Virus record (IMG/VR): IMGVR_UViG_3300018050_000260 | Coordinates: 1-33,864 of that record | Origin: a virus | Taxonomy: Duplodnaviria > Caudoviricetes | DNA length: 33,864 bases | Reading direction: 5' to 3' (one strand) | The notes under the pieces: model-generated | Told to the model about the DNA's origin: nothing | Database searches by the model: none | The model's input: only the letters and a program-made list of their open reading frames with translations | Translations under genes and position numbers: made by a program | In this document: piece after piece, positions 1-9,221 of the stretch | Layout: every line of letters begins with the position of its first letter | Position numbering within the stretch: position 1 is the stretch's first letter

Positions 1-100
1 TTGCCAGCTCTTGAGCGTAAAGCTGGCACAGACAAGAAAAAGTTGCAAGAGCTTAATCGCATCAAGCAACTACTCAAGCAAGCAGAGGGAGGACAGTAAT
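1..100. repeat. 100-bp direct terminal repeat, left copy (circular assembly overlap)
   Basis: 1-100 is identical to 33765-33864. The 32091..33863 ORF runs through the repeat and its TAA overlaps the ATG at 99. Confidence 0.97.
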
Positions 101-2327
101 GGCTTACAGCCCGATTGAAGACAAGTACCTGTCAGCTCTGACTGCTTTTCAGTTTCCTGATATGCCTGTTGAACCTACAATGCCAGAGCAAACCATGCCC
201 GGCAGGCAAGAAGGCGATGTGATGCTGGCTGCTGGCCCATCAGGAACCGTATCAGATGCCGGGGCAACCATTGGCCCAACGCCGCGCAATCCAGTCATGG
301 GCGGCGTGGCTGACTTTGTGCGTGGTGTGCGTGATCTGGCCAACGAGTATGAGATCAAACAATTTGTGCCGTTGTTGGGTGGTATGGGTGTGGGTGATTT
401 GCTTATGGGTAAATCGCCAGAAGAGCTTGAAGAGTGGGCTTATGGCAATGCACCGATGAGAGTGCCTGAGATGACCAGTGTGCCAATGATCAAGACCGGG
501 CGCAAGGAGCAATTGGCCGACACTATGTTTTTAGGAATGGATGCTGCTGGTCTTGGTAAAGGCGCAGGTATAGCTGGGCGAACTGCTGTTAAGAAACTTG
601 GCCCTAAAGCTGGAGAGATGGTTGTCAAGAGCATGGAGAAACTTGGCACGCCAATAAATGTTGGCGTTGTGCCATTAGCAGAGTGGTCTAGTGTTACCGC
701 AAGCACTGCAGCAAAGGTTGACAAAGGTTCAGTCAAACTATCTGACAAGGTGACAAAAGCTCCAGTGTTGCAACTTGCGCCCGAGTATCGCGTCAAGATC
801 ACTGGCGCATACAAGCCAGAGGGCAAGACGCAAAACATTCCCAACGCGGTTAATCCCGGCAACTATGAAGAAGCAACAGTCAGATTAGATGGGCTTGCTC
901 AATCCTTTCCAGATCCGCTTGAATCTCCAGAACGATTTTCTGCAATGCTGGCCACGGTCTACAACTCCAATGAGGTGCCAATACCACCGCACTGGATGAT
1001 TGAAAATGCCAACGATATGCCCAAATGGTCTAACTGGTTTGGCCAAATGACCAAGGGCCAACTGGATGAGGCCAACCGTGGCTTTGCAGTGGTAGACAAA
1101 TTCAAGCAGATCTACACCGATGGCACAGCAAGCCCCGAGACTACAGGCCGTTTAATGATGTGGGCCATGCTGTCGCGCCGTGCGTCTGCATACCCGCATG
1201 AATCAGGGTTCCTTGATCTGGCTGAGTCAATGACCCCATTGATTCAGAAGGCGCTGCGTGGTGAGTATGGCCAAGCTGACATTGATGCTGGCTTGCAGAT
1301 GATCAAGCAATCAATTCCTTCCGGCAGCCCCGGCAACATGGTGACATCCAATGCTAATGACTTCTTGCGCACATTCCTACCGAAGATGTCAGAGAGGCTG
1401 CCTGATAAACGCACCAAGCTGCAGGCCTTGCACGACATGATTGCAGATCCCAACATGACGGGGCCACAGATTCGCCGGGCTTTCTACGGTCTGGCGCAAG
1501 ATGTTGGCATCAAGAACAAAGTGTTGTCCTTTGCTTTGTTGGTGTCTGGCCGCGAAGATGTCATGGTATTGGATCGCATCCAAATCAACCGTTTGTTTGC
1601 TGGTGGCGAAAAGATCTACGACGATGTGGCTCACCTGTTTGATGGTGGCCCCGGACTGGCCATCTATGAGGGATTGGAGCGATCCCTTGGCGCTCGCGTC
1701 AATCAGCTCTACGCCAATGTTGGCCGAGCCGATCAAGCCAGCTTGGGTCGTTACCACTGGGAAAGCTGGGTGCTGTCGTCTGGACAAGAGGTCGCGCATC
1801 CAACATTGGAAACTATTGTCAAGTCAGCCAAGGGTGAAGCCAACCCGTTTGCCAATGTGCCTGTCAAGGAAGGCCGTATGCATGAGCGTGCGTTTGGCAT
1901 CAGCTATGAGCGCACCCCAGAGGGTGGCAACAAGTTTGTATTTCCAACGTCCAAGGGCGACGACTACGAATTTACAAAGCCGGGACTTGATGCTCTTTTT
2001 GAGCAGGTCATGGACAAGAAAAATAATATCATCCCAGCTGACTTTCCGGGTGTAAAATATTTCAGCAAAGATACGCTACCTGATGGAAGCGCTAACCCGT
2101 ACTTCGGAAAACCGTGGTACTCATGGCCGGGAGTCAACCGTGATCGAATCGACGAACTTGCCGCAACCTTCGGCACCAAACTCAATACCGCCAGCGGAGC
2201 TGGATCTCTGGAAGCAGCTGGTGCAAGCCAAGCTACCGGCAGATCTGTCGGAGCCCAAAAACCTCCCGCAAGAAAACGAGCAAGCATAAAACGGGGCGGT
2301 GCAGCTCCAACCTCTGGAGCTGAATAA
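99..2327 (+). CDS. Putative internal virion/ejection protein with a central HhH-GPD (Ogg2-like) DNA glycosylase domain
   Basis: 742 aa, coupled by TAATG overlaps to ejection-protein genes on both sides; SD GGAGG upstream. Motifs: LMMWAMLSRRASA, GIKNKVLSFALLVSGREDVMVLDRIQINRLF, YEGLERSL, LGRYHWESWVLSSG. Confidence 0.7.
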   Translation: MAYSPIEDKYLSALTAFQFPDMPVEPTMPEQTMPGRQEGDVMLAAGPSGTVSDAGATIGPTPRNPVMGGVADFVRGVRDLANEYEIKQFVPLLGGMGVGDLLMGKSPEELEEWAYGNAPMRVPEMTSVPMIKTGRKEQLADTMFLGMDAAGLGKGAGIAGRTAVKKLGPKAGEMVVKSMEKLGTPINVGVVPLAEWSSVTASTAAKVDKGSVKLSDKVTKAPVLQLAPEYRVKITGAYKPEGKTQNIPNAVNPGNYEEATVRLDGLAQSFPDPLESPERFSAMLATVYNSNEVPIPPHWMIENANDMPKWSNWFGQMTKGQLDEANRGFAVVDKFKQIYTDGTASPETTGRLMMWAMLSRRASAYPHESGFLDLAESMTPLIQKALRGEYGQADIDAGLQMIKQSIPSGSPGNMVTSNANDFLRTFLPKMSERLPDKRTKLQALHDMIADPNMTGPQIRRAFYGLAQDVGIKNKVLSFALLVSGREDVMVLDRIQINRLFAGGEKIYDDVAHLFDGGPGLAIYEGLERSLGARVNQLYANVGRADQASLGRYHWESWVLSSGQEVAHPTLETIVKSAKGEANPFANVPVKEGRMHERAFGISYERTPEGGNKFVFPTSKGDDYEFTKPGLDALFEQVMDKKNNIIPADFPGVKYFSKDTLPDGSANPYFGKPWYSWPGVNRDRIDELAATFGTKLNTASGAGSLEAAGASQATGRSVGAQKPPARKRASIKRGGAAPTSGAE

Positions 2328-5176
2328 TGGCCATCCAACAAAGCCCTCTTGAACAACGACTTGGCCAGATCTTGCCGGGCGCTGCGACCAGCACGCCAGC
2401 TGAAGAAGTCCCTTTAGAACCCATGCCCGGCGCTGACCAAGCCGGTGACGCTGAGATGCCATTGACTGCCGAACCCGGCACGCCCACCATGGAAGAAGGC
2501 ATCCAAGTCGCTGGCCCCATCGATGCTGCCATTCGTAAGCTGATTACCAAGCAGGCTACCAAGGCCGAGCGCAACTTGGTGCCAGAAGCCGCACGCACAC
2601 CAGAAGGCCAGTTGCCTGACGCAGCCAAGGCTGGCCGCTTCAAGCTGATCCCCGAGGCTGATCAAGCGCTGACTGAGGAGGTTGGCCGCGCTGTCAGTCG
2701 CCGTCAAACCTTTGGTGTCACCCAAGGCAAGCCCGGCGGCACGCCTGATGAGCCCTTCAACTTGTCGCGCTATCAGACCGAGGATGCAGCTGCCATTGTT
2801 GGTGGCGTGGCTGATGCGCTGAATATCAGAACCAAGGCAGTCACCTTCCAAGAGATTAAAGACAAGGCCGCAGAATCTGGCATCAGCGAGGGATTCTTAT
2901 CGCGTCTGATCGGCAGCGATGGCCGCATGATGGCCAACGCAGTTGAAACCTACAAAGCACTTGAGGTGTTGGAGTCTAGCGCCAACGAACTCGACAAGCT
3001 GTTCAAGATGGTCAACAGCGGCACGGCCACCGATGTTGATAAGCTCAAGCTGCGCCAGCAGATCGCTTTCCACGGCTTGGTTCAGCGCGGTGTCAAGGGC
3101 ATTCAGACCGAGACTGCCAGATCGCTGGCTGTGTTCCGCATACCCCGCGACGGCAATGCAGCTATCGTGCGCCAAGTGATCGACGAGTATGGTGGCGACG
3201 CTGCCCTGTCCGACATGGCCAAGTCCTATCTGACTATAGAGTCGCGTGCTGCTCGCAATGCGCTGGTTGAGAAGTCAACCATGTCGGGCTTGAAGGATGT
3301 GTGGTTCACCACTTACATCAACGGCTTACTGTCCAGCCCTGTGTCGCATGCCAAGAACGTGGTGTCAAACACCACCTTTGGCTTGTATCAAATACCAGAG
3401 CGGTTGATGGCTGCCTTCTACAGCAACGTGCTGCCACCCGGCGTGCGCTCATTCAAGGCGCTGGTGCCCGGCAGTGAAGCAGACAAGATTGCCTACGACG
3501 AAGCGCTGACCATGATCCAGTCGCTGCGCAACGGGCTGGTTGAAGGCTTTGATCTGGCCAGCACTGCATTCAAGAACAATCAACCCAATGACTTGATGAG
3601 CAAGATTGAGGCGCAACGGGGCACCACCCTGCCGTCAATCAGCTCGGCTGGCTTTGGCATTGAGCAAGACAAGTGGTTCGGCAAGGCCATTGATTACTAT
3701 GGCACAGCGGTCACTTTGCCCGGCAGAATGCTGATGGCCGAGGATGAATTCTTCAAAGGCGTGCTGTATCGCATGGAGCTCAACACCCAGATCACCCGCC
3801 GCAGCAAGTCGATCTACCGCGAAGCGCTCGATTCTGGCATGCCGGAAGCGGATGCGTTGGCCAAGGCCGAGGCTGAAGCTATCAGCTTGTTTCAGAACCC
3901 GCCCCGTGACTTAGACGAGGCCGCTTCACTGTTTGCTCAAAAGGGTACCTTTACAAGCGAGCTGCCACCAGCACTCAAAAATCTGCAGCAGACGTTCAAC
4001 CATCCAGCGCTGAAAATTGTGGTGCCGTTCTTCAAGACCCCAGCCAACATTGGTTTACAGGTTATTGAGCGCACCCCATTTGCCCCGTTGTCTTCGCAGT
4101 GGCGTGAAGAGATCGCCAAGGGCGGTGTGTATCGCGACATGGCCTTGGCCAAGGTGACCCTTGGATCTGCTGTGCTGGCCACCTTTGCGGCTTTGGCTGG
4201 AGAGGGAAAGATTACTGGGCGCGGCCCATCTCGCAAGGCTGACCGAGATGCATTGATGCGCGACGGCTGGCAACCTTACTCGCTCAAGATTGGTGACAAG
4301 TACTACAGCTACAACGGCATGGAGCCTGTCTCTGCGCTGCTGGCCGTGGCCGCTGACTATGCTGAGTACGCCCAGCATGAGACTGATGCCAGCAAGATCG
4401 AAGAGGTATTCTTGGGCGGCACCTATGGTTTGTATGAATACCTCAAAGAGCAGCCCTACCTACAAGGTGTGGCCGAAGTGGCGAAGCTGCTTGGCACCAC
4501 CCAACAGGGCGCGGTTGATGGCCAGAAAGTTGTTGATGGTTTAGTCAAACAGTTTGGGGGCTTTGTTATTGGTGGTTCACCAGCTGGTGTCTACAGTTCT
4601 TTTCTGGCTGGCATTGAGCGCCTGTCAGACCCAACCAACAAAGATACCCGCGCCAGCCCAGAGCTGCCTATGGGTGTGCGTGGATTTGTTGAAGCGTTTA
4701 ACAAGTACAAGTCGCGCATACCCTACTTCAACGCAGATCTGCCGGACACATTAAACCTGTGGGGCGATGCAACAAAGTCAGGTACAGGCGCAGCCTATGA
4801 GATGGTGCTGCCCACCCGCGTTACACCCCAGCAATTCTCTGAGGTGGACGACTTGCTGGTGCGCATGGGCTCACCCATTGGCATGCCAGAGCGCAAGGTT
4901 GACGGGGTCGAGGTGAACGCATTTCAATACAACCGGCTGTTGACCATTTACGGCAAAGAGCTGCCATCCAAGCAAGAGATATTGAACATCATGCAGACAC
5001 CGGGCTTTGACCTGCTGTCGTTGGATGACCAGCAAAAGACTGTGCAGCGTGTGCACTCCAAGTACATGGATGCAGCCAAGCAACAATTGAAGATGGAAGA
5101 TCCAGCTTTGCAGGCCAAGATTGAAGAGATTGCAGAGCTTCGCAAGGCTAATGGACTCTATTACAAACCCGATTAA
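2327..5176 (+). CDS. Large internal virion (ejection) protein, T7 gp16-like position
   Basis: 949 aa, alpha-helical and Ala-rich, last core gene before the tail fibre. Motifs such as VPFFKTPANI and YYSYNGMEPVSALLAVAADYAE are typical of podovirus core proteins. Confidence 0.75.
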   Translation: MAIQQSPLEQRLGQILPGAATSTPAEEVPLEPMPGADQAGDAEMPLTAEPGTPTMEEGIQVAGPIDAAIRKLITKQATKAERNLVPEAARTPEGQLPDAAKAGRFKLIPEADQALTEEVGRAVSRRQTFGVTQGKPGGTPDEPFNLSRYQTEDAAAIVGGVADALNIRTKAVTFQEIKDKAAESGISEGFLSRLIGSDGRMMANAVETYKALEVLESSANELDKLFKMVNSGTATDVDKLKLRQQIAFHGLVQRGVKGIQTETARSLAVFRIPRDGNAAIVRQVIDEYGGDAALSDMAKSYLTIESRAARNALVEKSTMSGLKDVWFTTYINGLLSSPVSHAKNVVSNTTFGLYQIPERLMAAFYSNVLPPGVRSFKALVPGSEADKIAYDEALTMIQSLRNGLVEGFDLASTAFKNNQPNDLMSKIEAQRGTTLPSISSAGFGIEQDKWFGKAIDYYGTAVTLPGRMLMAEDEFFKGVLYRMELNTQITRRSKSIYREALDSGMPEADALAKAEAEAISLFQNPPRDLDEAASLFAQKGTFTSELPPALKNLQQTFNHPALKIVVPFFKTPANIGLQVIERTPFAPLSSQWREEIAKGGVYRDMALAKVTLGSAVLATFAALAGEGKITGRGPSRKADRDALMRDGWQPYSLKIGDKYYSYNGMEPVSALLAVAADYAEYAQHETDASKIEEVFLGGTYGLYEYLKEQPYLQGVAEVAKLLGTTQQGAVDGQKVVDGLVKQFGGFVIGGSPAGVYSSFLAGIERLSDPTNKDTRASPELPMGVRGFVEAFNKYKSRIPYFNADLPDTLNLWGDATKSGTGAAYEMVLPTRVTPQQFSEVDDLLVRMGSPIGMPERKVDGVEVNAFQYNRLLTIYGKELPSKQEILNIMQTPGFDLLSLDDQQKTVQRVHSKYMDAAKQQLKMEDPALQAKIEEIAELRKANGLYYKPD

Positions 5177-5209
5177 AACCGTACAATTCCCAACAGGAAG
5201 GATTGCATC

Positions 5210-6730
5210 ATGGCAGTACCAATCAGTAACGTAACCCGCCGAGTTGTATATGCGCCAAGTGGCGCTGGCGGCGCTGGCCCCTACGCCTTCACCTTTGAGA
5301 TCCTGGCCAACACCGACATTGCGGTCTTCAAAAACGACACGCTGCTGACGTTGACCACCCACTACACGGTGAGCATTGCTGCCAATGGCACGGGCTCGGT
5401 GACCATCACAGCTGCTGGCTTGGCCTTGTCTCCAGTCAGTCCAACCCAGTACGCCATTGTTGGCAACCGCACCATTGCGCGTGCGACTGACTTCACAACG
5501 GGTGGCGACTTCTTTGCCAACACGCTTAACGACGAGCTTGACCAGCAGACTATCTTTGCCCAGCAGAATGCTGAAGGTTTGCAGCGTGCGTTGACCGCGC
5601 CACAGACTGACCCAACCACCATCAACATGACCCTACCAAGGGCGGCAGACCGTGCCAACAAGTACTTGGCCTTTGATGCAAATGGAAACCCGGAGCCCGG
5701 AGACACTGCGGTTGAGGTGACAGCAATTGCAAATATTGCAGATGAGATTGTTGTAGTGGCTGCCATTGATACTGAGATTGTGACCGTCGCAGGCATCTCT
5801 TCAAACGTGACCACAGTTGCAGGCATCTCTTCAAACGTCACTACCGTGGCAGGCAACTCAGCAAACGTCACAACGGTGGCCACAAACATTGCAGCGGTCA
5901 ACACCAACGCAACCAACATTGTGGCCATCCAAGGAGCTGCAGGCAATGCGACGGCAGCACAGGCCGCGCAGACAGCTGCTGAAGCTGCACGCGATTCAGC
6001 CTTGGCTGCGTATGACAACTTTGATGATCGCTACCTTGGCCCCAAGGCCAGCGACCCCACGCTAGACAATGACGGCAATGCTTTGCTTGCTGGCGCTTTG
6101 TACTACAACACGACAGTACCTGAGATGCGCCTGTACACCGGCTCTGCTTGGGTGGCTGCGTATGTGTCTGGCGCTGCGTATTTGTTGACAGCAAATAACC
6201 TGTCTGAGCTGACTGCATCTGCGACAACTGTCAGGACAAACCTTGGCCTTGCAATTGGCACAAACGTACAGGCATACGATGCCGACCTCACCACCTTGGG
6301 TGCTGGCGGCGCATCAGCCCGTACATTCTTGGGGCTGGCCATTGGTACGGATGTTCAAGCCTACGATGCTGACACAGCCAAGACTGATGTTGTTCAGACC
6401 TTCACCGCAGCGCAGCGCGGAGCTATCACAACGCTGACAGACGGCACGACGATCACCGCTGACTTTGCCACGACCAACCACTTCCAAGTAACGCTAGGTG
6501 GCAATCGGACGCTGGCTAATCCGAGCAACCAGACCGCAGGCCAGAGTGGTGCAATTAGGATTGTCCAAGATGGCACCGGCAGTAGGACGTTAGCCTATGG
6601 CAGTAATTGGAAATTTCCCAACGGAACGGCACCAACTTTGACTACAACTGCCAATGCAGTGGATGTGTTGGTCTACTTCGTAGAGAGTGCATCTAGGATT
6701 ACAGCTCGACTTGTGAGTGATGTCAAATGA
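5210..6730 (+). CDS. Tail fibre protein with T7 gp17-like N-terminal anchor
   Basis: N-terminal YAFTFEILANTDIAV...LNDELDQQTIFAQQ adaptor, VTTVAGISSN repeats, FDDRYLGPK...GALYYNT module and C-terminal TLGGNRTLANPSN...QDGTGSRTL module; SD GGAAGGA upstream. Confidence 0.9.
   Translation: MAVPISNVTRRVVYAPSGAGGAGPYAFTFEILANTDIAVFKNDTLLTLTTHYTVSIAANGTGSVTITAAGLALSPVSPTQYAIVGNRTIARATDFTTGGDFFANTLNDELDQQTIFAQQNAEGLQRALTAPQTDPTTINMTLPRAADRANKYLAFDANGNPEPGDTAVEVTAIANIADEIVVVAAIDTEIVTVAGISSNVTTVAGISSNVTTVAGNSANVTTVATNIAAVNTNATNIVAIQGAAGNATAAQAAQTAAEAARDSALAAYDNFDDRYLGPKASDPTLDNDGNALLAGALYYNTTVPEMRLYTGSAWVAAYVSGAAYLLTANNLSELTASATTVRTNLGLAIGTNVQAYDADLTTLGAGGASARTFLGLAIGTDVQAYDADTAKTDVVQTFTAAQRGAITTLTDGTTITADFATTNHFQVTLGGNRTLANPSNQTAGQSGAIRIVQDGTGSRTLAYGSNWKFPNGTAPTLTTTANAVDVLVYFVESASRITARLVSDVK
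5789..5880 (+). repeat. 30-bp tandem coding repeat (about 3 copies; AGISSNVTTV)
   Basis: gcaggcatctcttcaaacgt at 5789 and 5819, degenerate copy at 5849. Confidence 0.9.
6233..6373 (+). repeat. Duplicated peptide module RTxLGLAIGTxVQAYDAD (87-bp period)
   Basis: RTNLGLAIGTNVQAYDAD and RTFLGLAIGTDVQAYDAD in the fibre protein. Confidence 0.85.
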
Positions 6731-9213
6731 TTGACGCGCTGCCATTACTACTTGGCCCCGAGGGCTATCAAATCAGCCGCAGTGTGCGTCTGCGCTCAAG
6801 TGCAAGTGCTTATTTAAATCGGACAAATTCAAGTTCTGTAACAAATAACAAAATTTTTACTTACAGTTTATGGGTTAAAAGAGGTTCTTTGGGAGTAACC
6901 TCATCACTTTTGGCTGGAGATAATTCAACAGCGATACATTATTTTGGGTATGGAAATTCATCTGCTGCCGCAGATACTCTTGAGTTTTATGATGGTCAAA
7001 CAGCCGCATGGAAAATTCAAACCAATGCTGTTTATCGTGACCCATCTGCTTATTATCATGTTATTTTGTCTGTTGATACAACACAAGCAACAGCCGCCAA
7101 TAGAGTTCGAATTTATGTAAATGGTGTTGAGTGTTCGTATGCAACAGCAACATACCCAGCACAAAATACTGTGCCAAATATAAATGTTGCTTCAATGCCT
7201 TTGTATATTGGTAGGCGTTCAAATGCAAGTCAATGGTATTTTGACGGCTACCTCACCGAAATTAATTTCATTGACGGACAAGCCCTGACACCATCATCCT
7301 TTGGCGAAACCAATGCTGTCACTGGCGTATGGCAACCAAAGAAGTATGCTGGTACATACGGCACAAATGGCTTCTATCTCAACTTCTCCGACAACAGTGC
7401 AGTTACTACTTCTAGCAACGTAGGTATTGGAAAAGACTTTTCTGGTAATGGAAACTATTGGACAAGTAACAGCATCAGTGTATCTGCTGGTGTGACATAC
7501 GACTCCATGCTGGATGTGCCTACGCCGTATGCTGATGGTGACAATGGGCGGGGAAATTACTGTACGCTGAATCCGTTAGACCGCTCAACATCAACGAACG
7601 CCCCCGTTCCGACAAACGGAAATCTGGCCTACGCAACGGCTAGTGTTGCTGTAACGTGGGCGGGGGTAAAAGGAACAATATCTTTTAGTACGGGCAAATA
7701 CTATTTTGAGGATGACATTTCTTCGCTTGGTGTTAATTCCATTGGATTTGCCGGGTGGACTGATTCTGACACTATCGCTGGAGATATGTCGAATTACTTC
7801 TCCAAGATGGGCGGCTTACTGATTCGTAACGATTCTGCTGGCATTGGCGAAGCAAAAATGGTGTTCGGCACAACGACTTCATTTGCATCTGGAGCAGATG
7901 CCACAAACGGTTTGTTCCAACTTGCCATTGATTTTGATGCTGGAAAATTTTGGATTGGAAAAAATAACACTTGGTTTGGTTCAGGTGACCCAGCGGCAGG
8001 GACAAATGAAGCAGGGACATTTACCGCAAACCGTCAGATGACTCCATTGTTGATTGCACACTATGCGACAACCAATGGAAACATTACACACGCAGCCAAC
8101 TTCGGTCAACGCCCATTCAGCTACACACCACCTACAGGGTTTAAAGCACTGAACACGCAGAATCTGCCTACACCTACGATTAGCAATGGTGCTAATTACA
8201 TGGCGGCTACGACTTACACAGGCACAGGGGCAAGTCAAAACATAAGCAATGCTGTTAATGGCATATCAATGCAACCTGATTTGGTTTGGATTAAACGAAG
8301 AAATGCCGCTTATGACCATGACTTATTTGATGCGGTTCGTGGAGCAGGGCTGTCTTTATATTCATCTACAACAGCCGCAGAAGGGTCAGGAGAAGGACAA
8401 GATTCATTCAATACAAATGGCTTTACAGTTTCTGGAAACCATAACAGAGTCAACATATCGGGCGGTACATTTGCGGCTTGGCAATGGAACGCTGGCGGCT
8501 CAACTGTAACCAACACCAGCGGGTCAATCTCAGCACAAGTAAGAGCAAACCCCACTGCTGGCTTTAGCGTGGTGACTTATACAGGCACAGGTGCAAATGC
8601 TACTGTTGGTCATGGCTTGGGTGTTGCGCCAAAAATGATTATTGTCAAAAACAGAAGTTCTGTTTCGTCTTGGATAATTGCGTTTGACTCCAGCGGATTT
8701 ACATGGTCATCAGATTATTATCAATTTGATACAAGCGCCAAATTGACAAATGCTTCGGGAACTATGTTTAGACAAGCACCAACTAGTTCTGTCTTTAGCG
8801 TAGGCACAAACAGCAACATCAATGGTTCAACTAATACTTTAGTTGCCTACTGCTTTTCCGCAATAGCTGGCTATTCAGCATTTGGTAGCTACACAGGCAA
8901 TGGCTCTGCTGACGGCCCTTTTGTGTACCTTGGATTTAGGCCAAGATATTTACTTATTAAATCATCAGTAGTTGCTGGCGGAACATGGGTGGTGTTTGAT
9001 TCAGCAAGAAGTACATACAACGTAACAGGTGAAAAATTAGCACCAAACACTGCTGATTCAGAAAACAGCGGGGCTACGGGTATTGCTGGTGGCGTTGATT
9101 TTCTTTCAAACGGATTTAAGATTCGATTAAGTTGGGGTGACATAAACACCTCAAACACCCTAATCTATGCCGCCTTTGCCGAAGTGCCGTTTAAATCGGC
9201 TCTCGGGCGTTGA
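6727..9213 (+). CDS. Putative receptor-binding/tail protein with ConA-like lectin (LamG) and SPRY-like beta-sandwich domains
   Basis: 828 aa, rich in G/S/T/N and aromatics. FTYSLWVKRG...FDGYLTEINFIDGQAL (LamG-like), GKYYFE...LAIDFDAGKFWIGKNNTW...NFGQRPF (SPRY-like), YTGTG/YTGNG repeats. ATGA-coupled to the fibre gene. Confidence 0.8.
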   Translation: MIDALPLLLGPEGYQISRSVRLRSSASAYLNRTNSSSVTNNKIFTYSLWVKRGSLGVTSSLLAGDNSTAIHYFGYGNSSAAADTLEFYDGQTAAWKIQTNAVYRDPSAYYHVILSVDTTQATAANRVRIYVNGVECSYATATYPAQNTVPNINVASMPLYIGRRSNASQWYFDGYLTEINFIDGQALTPSSFGETNAVTGVWQPKKYAGTYGTNGFYLNFSDNSAVTTSSNVGIGKDFSGNGNYWTSNSISVSAGVTYDSMLDVPTPYADGDNGRGNYCTLNPLDRSTSTNAPVPTNGNLAYATASVAVTWAGVKGTISFSTGKYYFEDDISSLGVNSIGFAGWTDSDTIAGDMSNYFSKMGGLLIRNDSAGIGEAKMVFGTTTSFASGADATNGLFQLAIDFDAGKFWIGKNNTWFGSGDPAAGTNEAGTFTANRQMTPLLIAHYATTNGNITHAANFGQRPFSYTPPTGFKALNTQNLPTPTISNGANYMAATTYTGTGASQNISNAVNGISMQPDLVWIKRRNAAYDHDLFDAVRGAGLSLYSSTTAAEGSGEGQDSFNTNGFTVSGNHNRVNISGGTFAAWQWNAGGSTVTNTSGSISAQVRANPTAGFSVVTYTGTGANATVGHGLGVAPKMIIVKNRSSVSSWIIAFDSSGFTWSSDYYQFDTSAKLTNASGTMFRQAPTSSVFSVGTNSNINGSTNTLVAYCFSAIAGYSAFGSYTGNGSADGPFVYLGFRPRYLLIKSSVVAGGTWVVFDSARSTYNVTGEKLAPNTADSENSGATGIAGGVDFLSNGFKIRLSWGDINTSNTLIYAAFAEVPFKSALGR

Positions 9214-9221
9214 GGAATACT

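Noticed and set aside
1-100. Terminal repeat as a biological T7-style DTR
   Set aside because: It is exactly 100 bp and cuts through a coding region, which is best explained by circular assembly overlap.
5161-5187. Promoter before the tail fibre (TACAAT at 5182)
   Set aside because: Good -10, but no -35 at proper spacing and no extended -10.
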